Positions 13,653 to 26,925 of a stretch of 64,000 nt of DNA are shown in pieces. Numbering within the stretch: the stretch's first letter is position 1; every line of letters starts with the position of its first letter. The notes below the pieces were generated by a model that was given only the letters and a program-made list of their open reading frames with translations, searched no databases and was not told where the DNA came from. Position numbers and translations under genes: made by a program. Source of the stretch: Octopus sinensis (taxonomy: Eukaryota); NCBI RefSeq assembly GCF_006345805.1, contig NC_043008.1, positions 71,610,001-71,674,000 on the forward strand. Reading direction: 5' to 3'.

Positions 13653-15547
13653 TTATTTATTACACACGAATAAACGACCATATTTTAGCCACCTTAGTAT
13701 ATTATATATACCTACACACATAACACATAAAATTATAAGGCTTTCTATGTATATATCTGCGTATTTTCGATATTTTGTCGAATTTAAATGGAGAGGAGAC
13801 TATATTGTCCCCAAAGCAATATCAATTATTTATCACAGGCTGTACCTCTCACAAAGTATTTATTCTGAAAATACAAGAAGTATTTTAAAGAAAATAACGT
13901 GTCCTTTCCTAGGTGTAGTAGAAGCAGACCTGAAGCTTCTTTTTATTCGACAATTGAAATAATAACCTATATGATGAGTGCAAGAAAACCAGTCGTTTTC
14001 AAGATAGAATTTAATCGAACAGTGAACCGTGTATGAATGCAGCTTCTTTTAATGTCTTCTGTAGATAAATGTTATATCGATCCTAGTAGAAGTTCAAACA
14101 TTTCATTGCGTAAAGTATTTTGGTTTTAAACCTCGAGTAAAATGGATGTTGTCGCAAAAATACTATATCTCATTACATGTAAATTCAACTAAGTGCTCTT
14201 CAGTAAATCCGTCTTTGCGAATTGCATTAGAAAAATGATAAAAATTTCCTTCTATGGGCACAAAATAAAAATATTTTAGAATGAAACTAGGCTATTTGAC
14301 ACCTGTTTAAAATGCTGGTATATATGTTATCGACCCACGTTGTGTTATGCTAAGTAGGGGTCTTCTGTATTATGAGTATAGCAGAAAGTAATTATATCTG
14401 CCAAGGTATTTAATATTACTCTTTACCTTCTCTGCTTCTAGACCACATATAGTCACAATAATATGAAATCATTTAGAAATGTGATGTTTCATTATCCATT
14501 TAAGGATAACTAAGTAGGCCTGATTCATTTTACTGATAAGATTTGATTTATCACAGAAAACACACGCATCAGTAAGTAGATTGCGGGAGCGAAGTCGAGG
14601 TACAAGTTTTTCATTCAGCACACGGTCATACGCATACATTCAGACACGCACACAGATGCCACCTTACAAACACAGACACACACACAATTATCAACACATA
14701 TACACATATTAATCATATATATACACACACATAAATATATACGTGTACTTGTGAGCTATGTATATGTATGCATTATGTATGTATGTATGTATGTATGTAT
14801 GTATTTATGTATGTATGTGATTGTGTCGGTGTATGTATATAAATGTAGTTATTTATATGGGTGAGTGCCTAAAGATGGGAGGCTGCCTGTGCGTTATGAA
14901 ACGTAAACTACTTTAATAATGAATTTTGCTCAATGGAGGTCGATGGAAGCGATTGATCAATATAGAATATCAATTATAGTTTCTAAAATTGATAAACATC
15001 ATTCCAAGTGATTCGCTCTACACTCTTATCTCTCTACTCAGCTTGCTTTTAGCATATTTTAATCTTATTTTCAGATAAAGGCACCATATGTATCGCACAC
15101 CTTTCATTAACCAAACCCTACCTTTTATAAAACTATTTGAAATAAATGAAGATCGGAAACATGTGCGATTATCACATGTGTTTTTCGTTTCGAAATACAT
15201 ACACACACACATACGCACACACACACACACACACACACAAACACAAACAGTTACACACACTCTCTCTCATGTGCACACACAATCATACACAGAGAATGAA
15301 CATGCACAGACACACATTTACACACGCACATATCAATGTAAACGCCCCCACGCATATTAATGTTTCCTTTTATGTAAAGTTATGTATAAAACACTCAATC
15401 ATGAAGCTGAATGATCAATCAATATGTTTCAGTAGAGTGATGTAAGCATATATTTTCATAACATAAAGGTTTTACAGTGACTTCAAAGTTTTGTCCGTGT
15501 GTATGTGTGTGTGTGTGCATACACACACACACACATATATATACGGG

Positions 15548-15780
15548 GGCAGGTGCATAACTTAGTGATTAGGGGGCTGTAATCATGATCGTAAGCTTGT
15601 AGTTTCGATGCCTGGACAAAGAGAGGTGTTGTGTTCTTGAGTAAAACACGGCACTTCACGTTCTTCGAGTCCAGTCAAATGGTAAGATGGTACAACCATG
15701 CGACAGGCCATCATACATCACGGGAATATATAAGCTACAGAATTCAAGAAAGCGGCCTAATGGACCTCTGTCTAGATACA
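15548..15780 (+). mobile_element. Diverged tRNA-derived SINE (family 3)
   Basis: Similar to 47224-47470 (atcatgatcgtaag.ttgt.gtttcgat.cctggac, gttcttgag.aaaacac..cacttcacgtt). Confidence 0.7.
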
Positions 15781-16463
15781 GGTAACTCACTTTGATCCTT
15801 TGTATATATATATAATTATATTTGCTGCATTCTGAGCCTTCTTGCGTTTCTTGTTTTCAACTTTCGTCATGATATGTGGCTTGTGCCTGATGAATGTGCT
15901 TGAGATATTTCTTTAATCCAGAGATAAGAATCACAAATTTTCAGCATAGAATACGCTAAGTAGTACTTATGGGCTTTAAACTTGAGCGGATGGAGGAGTA
16001 AATGTAAGGGTAAGTAATGTCGATATACAAACAATATTAAAAACCTCAATTATAAAAAAAAATGTATATATGTTTACACACAAAATGGTCCGACTTAAAC
16101 AGAACAGAAATATAATCACGAAATAATGATATCAAGGATTTGTTATAATTTCTTCAACCCCTGAAATTCTTGACATCATTTCTATTCTGTGTAAGTAAGC
16201 AGATATACTTATTTTTTGTATTTAAAATAGCTAATATTCTTTGAACATTCTGTGTAAATATTTCAATATGGTTTCTAATGAAGTTTTGACTAAGCAATAC
16301 ACAATTTCTCCTATCAAGTACTGCCTACAAAGTCTTTCTGTATATATGCTTATATGAAATTATGACTTTTGATGAACTTGTAAATAATTATGAATTTATT
16401 TTACTACCTATTTTGAACATTTTTAAGTAAACTGTTTAAACACAAAAGCTTTCTTAATATACA

Positions 16464-16505
<42 letters not shown>

Positions 16506-17654
16506 TGCATATATACATACAGATATATGTATATATGTGTGAATACGTACATATATGTATATATATATAAATGTATATATATATATATATATATTTATAA
16601 GAACGTATGTATGTACGTATATATATATATATGTATATATATATGTGTGTGTGTGTATGTATATAGATATATGTATACATACATACGTAAAATGAGAGTG
16701 GTCTGATAAATTTACAGGCTGATATAATATCTGCAATTAGAATTAATTTTATATTGCAGCCTCCAATTACAATAAATCATTTAATATCGTCATGACATTT
16801 TCGGACTGCTTAGATCGACCCTAGCTGAGAGGTTGTACGAATTTGTCTCAGGACTAGTAACACCTTCTATACCTGTGATTTTTTTTATAAAGAGTCTATT
16901 TATTCACTTGCTACACAGTTTGTAGAAGGACGCAAGGCACGTCTAGGTAATTATATTTGACTAAGTGAAAACAGATGTTAGCTAGTTGAATGTGGTCCAT
17001 ATCTTCCACCGCAGAAAACGATCCTCTTCAAGCAAGACGAACTCCGGTTTCTTTTTTCATTGCTGTTGCACAGCTGGCTTTGCGAAACAAATTGAAGCCA
17101 TGATCATGTCTTCTAAAGATAAAGATACAATGTGTAGGAATTTCATTAAATGGGTGTCCCATGTCTGAATCGAATAATTCCATAGTGAGATCTGAAAAAT
17201 GTTGTATCCATTCCCGCTAAAAGGAACTTTCATGGTAGATTTCTCTTAAAGGATTAGTTAAAAGAAGCAACCGGTATTGTCGGTTCAGAATCTTGAACTT
17301 CTTCAGAGAGCGATTACATAAAAGAACGTTACAACTTTGTTGCACGTTTTATAAAGATTTATTTACTTCGATATTGACAGATTCAGTGTATAAGAGAATC
17401 CACGGGATGGGCATAATTTACGTATTGATTAATCTCTATCAATTCCAACTTAAACATTTTACTTACCCTTATCATTTGCATCGATTCTTGTCGATTGAAT
17501 TCAAAACATCTAAGTAAATTTTTGGTACATACTGATATAGTATTTGATTTTTCCATTTACTAATGCAACTACACATTTACATTAATCATTTCTAGAATTC
17601 ATTTCAAATTAAAATGTATTTACTATGACATACAACAACAACAACAACAACAAC

Positions 17655-17685
<31 letters not shown>

Positions 17686-17733
17686 TGGGAAAATATATAA
17701 TTACAATAAAGTAGTAGCAGCAGTAGTAGTAGT

Positions 17734-17777
<44 letters not shown>

Positions 17778-18205
17778 TAGTAGTTGTTGTAGTAAAAACA
17801 ATAATAATCGACAGAAAATTAATGAAAAATACAGTAAAAAGAAATAAATATCGTAATTATCGTAAAAAGCTAAAATTTCCAATAGTAATTTTCTTCCATT
17901 ATCATTAATATTTTTGAGATTTTCGCTTTTTCATCAATTTGTTTCGATATTTATCCGTCAGCTAATCAGATAGGTAGATATTTTCAATAAATGTTATGTT
18001 TATATTTATAACAGCTTCATCTGGAATGGTATTTAAATCTTTATAGACTGAAGGATATAATATCTCCATCATACTAAATGAATGATATATTTCGTATCTA
18101 ATATCCTAATGAAATATACATATATATATATATACAAACTGTATATATACGTACATACATACATACATGCGTACATATATAGACACATAATACACACATA
18201 TATAA

Positions 18206-18239
<34 letters not shown>

Positions 18240-18336
18240 CTATTGATATATCTCTCTCTCTTTCTCTCCCTCTACTACATATATATACACACACAGATAC
18301 ACACACACACACGCACATACATATATATATATATAT

Positions 18337-18715
18337 GTAGGTCCCGGGTTGATTCGGGGTTAACCACAGTAAATAAGGTACTCAATACATAGTAGAGTAA
18401 AATTAATTTATTATATAGAAGGAGCTTCTACAGGACTAGAACTGTTTCATTCAAGAGAAATCTTCAGGAAGCTAGTTAACAAGAATTGTATTGGCATTTA
18501 TACATTTAGGCAGGTTTAAAGGGGTGTTGGTGGGGGACTTTTTGGGGGTAGGCATAGCGCAAAATATCATACTTGGGGGAGTGGTCATGGAGTCAGTGTT
18601 AAATTAGATAGAAGAATAAATAAAAAAATAAAAAATATATAAAAAAATATATAAAAATATATATAAAAAAAGGGAATAGAGTTTTAGGTAAATAAGGAGA
18701 TTCTCACTTATACCT
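18337..18715 (-). mobile_element. Penelope-like element 3'/pLTR fragment
   Basis: Carries a complete HHR fold at 18423-18473 and lies between (TA/CA)n tracts. No ORF. Class inferred from the HHR. Confidence 0.55.
18423..18473 (-). ncRNA. Type I hammerhead ribozyme, canonical C3-G8 core
   Basis: Minus strand: agcttc CTGAAGA t ttc tctt gaa t GAA ACAG ttctagtc CTGT A gaagct. 6-bp stem I, 4-bp stem III, 3-bp stem II with a U.U at 10.1/11.1. Confidence 0.75.
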
Positions 18716-19075
18716 ATGCACATATGTATACATATATACACACACATACAAACATATATACATATACATACACACATACGTACACACACACATATATACA
18801 TATATATACACTTACACATACATATACATATCTACACATACACATATATGTATACATACACACATACACACACTCACATGCATACACGTACACACACATG
18901 TATATATACACACACGACCGCACATACATATACACACAGAAAAATATATATACACATACACACACATACTCACATACACGCATACACACACATATCCACA
19001 CACACATATGCACACACAGCACACTAGTCCCTATATACACATATATACACATACACACATATACACACACATAAT

Positions 19076-19148
<73 letters not shown>

Positions 19149-19606
19149 GTGTACTATGCATACCTACACATACACACATATATATACATATACAAATACA
19201 GACCCATTCCCTAATTTTAATTTTATTATCTTCATTATTACTTTTGTTATCTTTGATCGCTGGTCACAAACATCTTGGCTATGACAGCCAGTCCATTTAT
19301 CTGTCTACTGGAAAACAAGCACACATTTACTCACGCACACTCTTTAACACGTACACTCACTCATTCGCACACTCATACACATACACGCACGCACGCGTTA
19401 TATTCATACATACATACATCTACATACATTCACGTATATACACATACGTACGCGTACCTACAGATTCATGTCTACACTCTTAGAAGGCTAGTCTATACAT
19501 ATACACCAATAAATATAAATACACACACATACAGATACACCTACATACAAATACATACATGTATATATATATACATATACATACATATTCACATATATAT
19601 ACATAC

Positions 19607-19639
<33 letters not shown>

Positions 19640-20499
19640 CATATACATACATATACACATATACATATATATATATCATATACACACACATACACATACA
19701 TACGTATACATACATCCATACATCCATACATACATTTATACACATACACACACCCACACGTATACATATACGTACATATATATACGCGCATGCATACACA
19801 TACAAATACATACACATACGCATATACATATACATACATACACATACACACACACACACACATATATATATTATATATATATATTATATATATATACATA
19901 CATACATATACACACACATACATATACATACATACACATACACACACATACATACATACTCATATACACATACACGCACATACACATGTACATGCGTACC
20001 CATACACACACACACACACGCGCATCCATATATACACATAAGTACACACATGCGTAAAAGTATACATATATCTATGCTTACACATACACACACACGTGCC
20101 TCCTTATATTCGTACTTACATGCATACTAAAAAATAAATAATAAATATTAAGTATATGTACGTGCAGTTACCTATTATATAGACAGATACATACATATAA
20201 ACTTACACACACATATATATATATATATATATAATATATATATATATATACATATATACACACATATATATACATATACATATATACATATATATATACA
20301 CACACATATACACATATATATATATATATATACATACTTACACACATGTACAAATACATACACACATAGATAACTCTACGTACCTACATATACATAAACA
20401 CACGAGCGTACACGTATATGTACATATACACATACACATACACACGCATATATATACATACGTACATACACATACACATATTTACACACACACACATAC

Positions 20500-20536
<37 letters not shown>

Positions 20537-20547
20537 CATATATACAC

Positions 20548-20603
<56 letters not shown>

Positions 20604-20825
20604 CATATATACACATATACACACACATATACATGTGTGCAAACATACATACATACTCATACACGCACACACACTTACATATACATATATACACACACTT
20701 ACACACATATATACACACACTTACACACATATATACACACATATATATACATACACACACACATATATATATACATACATACACATACACATACCTATAC
20801 ATATATATACACACATATATACACA

Positions 20826-20856
<31 letters not shown>

Positions 20857-20860
20857 GGGA
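18715..20860. repeat. ~2.1-kb degenerate (CA)/(TA)/(TACA) microsatellite expanse
   Basis: Continuous alternating purine-pyrimidine repeats with short interruptions. Source of the His/Ile/Tyr/Thr ORFs. Confidence 0.95.
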
Positions 20861-22785
20861 TGGCATTATTAAAATAACCATCAGGAGTGGCAAGCGAATT
20901 ATCAGCCGTACAGGCAAATTAATACAATATATACATAAAATATTAGATATATACTTATACACAAGGGAACTACATCGCTAAAAAAATAGAAGCCAAAAAT
21001 ACTTCCGTACCACCGAAATGTCATATATATACATATATATACTCACAAAGTTTTGCAGATATGAGGGACGTACACACATATGTATATATGGATATATACA
21101 TGTCAACATATGCTTATATGTCATATATATATATATATTTATATATATATATAACGGGTGTGTATATGTGTAGTTATTTTATAACCTTATGCAAGCTATA
21201 TCATCATCCTTCCACATGTTTAGTCCACTATCTGAGCGTTTTCTCTCCAGGCCTCCTCATGTTCTCACCATCAATCATTCTTATCTTTTCCTCATTCATG
21301 TTTGGGCGCCGAAGAAGTTAAGGAAGTCTTCATTCCAGTTTCTGCATAAACTTCCCCGTCTTTATTTTTCTGGGCGCGGTGTCCAGTCTGTCCAATTTGC
21401 TATTCTATTTATTGACCTCTCTTCTAAAGACGTGTCCCGTGTTTATATATATATAAATCCAAATTGAATGTGTAGAAGAGGTAAAAACCTATGCCGTAGA
21501 TTAAATTTCAAATGCGTGATGAAGCCAGAAGAACAGTGTAAAAAACAAATGTATGTAGAAATAAAAATGCCAGTAAGAAAAATGTAACGAAGTGGTCAGA
21601 TATTTAGGTGTGGGAATCATATACCATTGTTGAGGGTTAAGTAAAGCGGGGAAGAAATTAGGTGGTGGACTGTGCTTAGGGTAGTTGGTTTAAGGGGAAA
21701 GAGAGGTTGTTATAGATATTAGGCTACGACCACTTAACTAAGTCGACAGTAAATTTGCATAAATTAAAATCTATGGGTACGAAGGGAGGATGTTTGTGAA
21801 TGACTGAGTGCGTGAGTGCGTAAACTTATTGGGAAGTAGTAAGCGACCAACTTCACCAGCACCTCCCATACACCGTTATTTTTACCCATCCAAGCATTGT
21901 GTGCACAACCATTATTTCAACTTAAAGACTAAAACTAATCTTCTACTCCTATCATCCCTTTTTTCTTTCCCCTCACCCGCTCTTCTTTCCAACTACTTTA
22001 CTCGATTCCCACTCCTGAATATTCGACCCCATTCTTTCTTCTTGACCATTTCATTTCTTCCAACATTTATTTTCTATATTGTATGTACGTGTGTGCGCCA
22101 ATGTATTTGTTTATTGTTGACATAGTAAAAAGGGTCCAGCTTAATATCTATATTAAATCCAGCAACCTCACCATCTTCACTAAGTCTCTGCTTCTTCCCC
22201 AGTCCATTTTCTTTATTCTCAACAACTACAACTTTATACTCACTCCCAAATATTTGACCTCTTCGTTTCATTCTTCTTACTGACCATTTTATTTCTTCAC
22301 ACATTTTTATTCCATTCTTCCGGCTTCATCACTCATTTGAAATTATATCTACGGTGTATTAACTTGTGTGATTAAATCCTGTGTTAACTTGTGTAATTCA
22401 CAAACGACAAAATAACATTTGTCTAGTTAAATTATCCTCGGCCAGATGTGTAGCTTGTAGATTATCTTTCACTGATTAACTATTACATCAGAGTATCTGC
22501 CAGCGAGGAAAAATATGTAGCCTCGATTTTACCTGTTCATCTCCTTCGTTGGGATATTTATCTGCATTCATGGCAACTCTAGTGGCTAACCGTGACCTAT
22601 ACAGACATTTTCAGCTTCTCGAATTTCCTCGTAACTTTGATATGCAATAACGTATGTAAACTTTGGCGCCCAAAAATTGTTATTATACTTGACAGTACGC
22701 TTTTTGTTTTCTATACTTGGCACGGGCGGCTTGAAGATTACAAACTTCTTAAACTTGGATCCTTGTAGCTTACTCCTATTTATCG

Positions 22786-22824
<39 letters not shown>

Positions 22825-22826
<2 letters not shown>

Positions 22827-23223
22827 AGCAGTATCGCCCGGCGTTGCTCGGGTTTGTAAGGGAAATAATTATATAAGCATTTTTAGAGATGTAAAGTATA
22901 ATAGCCATCTCAATATGGCTAGCCACAAAGGGGTGGTGGTGGTGTTACTGTAGCCTTTTACGTTCTGAGGTTTAATAATAAATTTTTAGAGAGTTACTTC
23001 CCTTATATATGCCAAAAATGCATTAAAAATGGGAAAAATTGATGGTAAATTCTTTTTAAAATCGTAGACTCATCGTAGACGCGCGCTAATACCCAGAAGG
23101 GCTCGATATGAATCACGACTATAAGATACCCGGTTTTGGTTAAACTGCACCGCAAAATGTGGGAGTAGTTAGGAATCTAAATCGTAGGAGACAGACACAC
23201 AACCTCACTTTTATATATAAAGA
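22825..23223 (-). mobile_element. Non-autonomous Helitron (family B), 3' CTAG mutated to CTTG
   Basis: Minus strand starts A|TC (atctttatatataaaagtg). Subterminal hairpin cccgagcaacgccggg. Homologous to 29459-29851 and 57690-58000. Confidence 0.8.
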
Positions 23224-23385
23224 TTTCCTCTATTTACATAATATTGAGGTCTCTTTCTTTCTTTTGTTATCTTACTGTTTTTACCAATATACATATATAT
23301 ATATATATAATATATATATAGTTACAGAGATGTACTTGCATAGCAAGTGACTTGATCTGAGATCGTGTGCTGGAACGAAAACAGT

Positions 23386-23640
23386 TGCCAGCGTGAAGGT
23401 GTTTATAAGCCATTTAAGAAACACACAAAAACCGTTAGATTCACTTCAACATTTAAATTTAAATTGTCAAAATATTTTCGTCGCTTTGAGACCGCGACCT
23501 GTTAGCACGATATTTTTGTCAGTGAACAGTCGCGGTCTCAAAGCGACGAATATTTTGGCAAATTAAATTTAAATGTTGAAGTGAATGTAACGGTTTTTGT
23601 GTGTTTCTTAAATGGCTTACAAACACCTTCCACGCTGCAA
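23386..23640. mobile_element. Foldback/MITE-like palindrome with ~115-bp arms
   Basis: cagcgtg.aaggtgttt..gagaccgcgac arm mirrored by gtcgcggtctc..aaacaccttccacgctg around a ~25-bp spacer. Confidence 0.85.
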
Positions 23641-23656
23641 TATATATACACACATA

Positions 23657-23687
<31 letters not shown>

Positions 23688-23699
23688 GTGTATATGTGT

Positions 23700-23945
23700 A
23701 TGCATGTATGTGTGTGTGTGTGCGTGTCTGTGCTTGTGATTGTCCTCCATCACTGCTTGACAACGAATGTTGGTTTGTTTACATCCCTGTCACCTAGTGG
23801 TTTGACAAAGGAAACAGATAGAATAAGTACAATGCTTACAAAATAAAACTGGAGTTGATTCATTAAACTACAATTCTTCAAGGCATTGCCCCAGCATGGC
23901 CACAGACCAATGGCTGGAAAAAGCAGAAGAATAAAAGAATACATT
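23700..23945 (+). mobile_element. SINE family 1, 3' half, diverged
   Basis: tgcttgacaac.aatg.tggtttgtttacatccc.gtcac..gatagaataagtac..cccagcatggcc.cag; tail aagaataaaagaat. Confidence 0.75.
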
Positions 23946-24006
23946 CTCTGCTTTGGTCTTATGTTCAAGGCATGAGAAAGCTTGAGTTTACATGAGAAGG
24001 CCTAAC

Positions 24007-24270
24007 AGACCTGGTAGAAACAGCAGCCAAATCTCCCTCAAATCACACCTGACTGTCTTATGTATGTATATATATATGAGCCAATGAGGGGGACCTCTAC
24101 ATGGTAGCTAGACCTGATAGAAATAGCAGCCAAATTTCCCCCAAATCACACCTTACTGTCTTATCTATGTATATATGTATGTATGAGCCTATGAGGGAGA
24201 CCCCTACATGGCAGCTAGACATGGTAGAAATAGCAGCCAAATCTCCCTCAAATCACACCTTACTGTCTTA
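24007..24270 (+). repeat. Three head-to-tail ~107-bp units separated by (TATG)-type spacers
   Basis: tagaaa.agcagccaaat.tccc.caaatcacacc..actgtctta at 24015, 24118 and 24225. Confidence 0.9.
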
Positions 24271-24479
24271 TCTTTCTGCTACTTGGATATAGGTCTTATA
24301 TTCGTCGTAAAAAACTTTCCTGTCACACACTCACGCACACACACACACACACGCACCCTCACACACACACACGCGCGCACACGCACACACACACACACAC
24401 ACACTCACACACACGCACGTTAGCTTACAATTTTATTTATATATTTACGTGTCTATGTGTGGAAAGAGGAAGTGGGAGG

Positions 24480-24780
24480 CAGAGTGAAAGAATCACTCAC
24501 TACAGTAAGTGAATTACTTTCATTTTATTCGTTGCCCACTGTGTGTGTGCGTTTGCGTGTGGTGTAAACCAGACTAAGAAAAGCATTTGACACACACACC
24601 AGAATGTGAGTTTTCTGTAAATTTTGCTTAATTGGAGTTTAAATTTTAAAAACCGGACCTGGCATGACGCGATGCATTGTACTCTTAAAAATGCTAGGTA
24701 AATTGTAATTGAAGAAATCCTATATTGTAGATTTGTATAACTCCCAAAGGGAGGCAGATAAAATCTGCCTTTTATAATAA
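24480..24780 (-). mobile_element. Helitron-like element (family A), 5' part
   Basis: Reverse complement of 56598-56880. 5' hairpin aggcaga-tttta-tctgcct. Confidence 0.65.
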
Positions 24781-25395
24781 TATATATATATATATATATA
24801 TTTGTACATGTACAGACATACAGGCACACATATCCATCTGCCCACCGCATGCATGCGCACAGATGTGTGCGCGGACGTGTATGTGCGGGCATCCATGTAA
24901 GGATACATGCGTGTGCATGTACGTACACTTGCACAATTGTTTGCGCACGCGTGCGTGTGCTCGTGTGCATGTGTCCTCGCAGGTGTGCGTGTATCCGTTT
25001 GTATGTGTGCATGTGTGTACATGTGTGTGTGTGTGTGCGTGCACGGTTCTGTGAGTACAATTCTAAGCGCGCATACACAATCGTATATTTAAGGATACAT
25101 ACACGCAGATATATGGGCATATACATGTACATATATACACCCCGACATTTACTGACACTTCCCCCCAAATATATGACTGATTTCTTGACTACCAGGTGAT
25201 CGATTTCCTGTTCACCCGGCGGTTGATTTCCTTTTGAGCATGCGGTATTTTCCAATTAATTGTTGTCGCCGAAATATCAACATCAGACTGTTATATCGTG
25301 TGACATTTCCCGACCTATCGCAGGTTAGCGACCAGTAGTAAACATTCATTCTCTTCTATCGAACTGCCATTCAAACCCCAATAATTGAAGAAAAG

Positions 25396-25503
<108 letters not shown>

Positions 25504-25784
25504 ATATATATATACCGTAATGTCTTTATACCTTTTACATGGCTATTCTATGCAGACCAAAGTTTACTACTGCCTTTTAACCCAAGGAAAACATCTTTTC
25601 CCGCTGATTAACTGCACACAACCTGTCTCTGTTTTATTGCGAGTAACGGAGCGAACCACTCCCATTCCAGCATAGCTAAATCAGTAGACCAGCCGGATTC
25701 TAGGTGCATTCGTGTCCTCAGTACTGGATGTTTGCCTGTTAGAAATGGCTGCTATCCGTCCCTACATTCAACACACACACACAT

Positions 25785-25826
<42 letters not shown>

Positions 25827-25879
25827 CACACACACACACACACACACACACACCACACACACACACACCACATATATAT

Positions 25880-26750
25880 AATTCAATTGGCGACGGAAGC
25901 AGAATATCTACAAAAAGGTATTTTTTTATATTCAACTTTTTAATACATCTCGTACTAATGATGACCAGGGGAATGAAGTCACCTGACATGGTGGTTCGGG
26001 GCAACCATGAAGTGCGGTTCTATGTACCCTAGCCTACATGAGAGTATCAGTAAAAAGAAAAAATCAGATTTTTTGTTATCATTTATTCTTTGTTACACGC
26101 GTTTTCTTTGCTACTATCATTTGGAAGACTGAATAGTACATTACTACTCTTGAGAGATCCTCTAATATAGGCGTCCACTGCATAAAACACACAGATAGTA
26201 ACAGAGGAGAATCGTCTGTCATAACAACGGAAGCATCCATATCCCGTGATTTCATTCTACTGGAGATCATCAGTGTGAGGGGTATGGTTATCGCATACCA
26301 GTCAGAGGTCAAAAAGATATCGATATTCTCTATATCGTAGTAACGAGATTTGACAAGCATGCTGTGCCGGACGCCTCGTACTAATGATGAGCAGTAGAAT
26401 GAAAGCACCTGACATGATGGTTCGGTCGCCCATGAAGGACGATTTCCGTTTGCAACGATCTGTGTATGTGCTTTTATGTACCGTACCCACGTCGATATGA
26501 GAGTATCGCTAAAAATAGAAAACAAAACAGGAAATCGGATTTCTGTTCTTATTTATTCTCCAGTACCCGCAATTCGTTTGCTAGCAGAATTTACAAAGTT
26601 GTACATATTATATAGACATGTAAGGAATTTCTGCGATTTGAAGTTCTTCAGACAGAAACACTAAATAATGCTATTTAATTCCTCTGTCTAAAGAGTGTCT
26701 AGTAAGAAATTGCTTACATTTGTATCTAACATGTAAAACTTTGTAACATA
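25880..26750. mobile_element. Modular interspersed repeat with direct and inverted internal copies
   Basis: Module ctcgtactaatgatga.cag..gaatgaa..cacctgacatg.tggttcgg at 25949 and 26375. Inverted partial copy at 26250-26280. Confidence 0.55.
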
Positions 26751-26753
26751 TTA

Positions 26754-26925
26754 GGATCTTTTCGGTTTGAATGGCAGTTTTTTCTAGCGGTGTCACATGA
26801 AATTGTCACCCATAATTATGACCCTAGTATCGATCTATTGCATTTCAATCTGTTTTAGGGTTAGTTAGGGTTAGGGTTATGGGTGGGGGAAGGGTATCTT
26901 TTTTTCTTCACAAATATAAATAAAC
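26754..26925 (+). mobile_element. Truncated MITE-like end containing telomere-like (TTAGGG) repeats
   Basis: Begins ggatcttttcggtttgaatggcagtt. Reverse complement aactgccattcaaacc at ~25362. ttaggg units at 26855-26885. Confidence 0.5.

Noticed and set aside
14875-14920. CTAAAGA..GAAACGTA hammerhead-like spacing
   Set aside because: G5 is changed and stems I and II do not pair in register.
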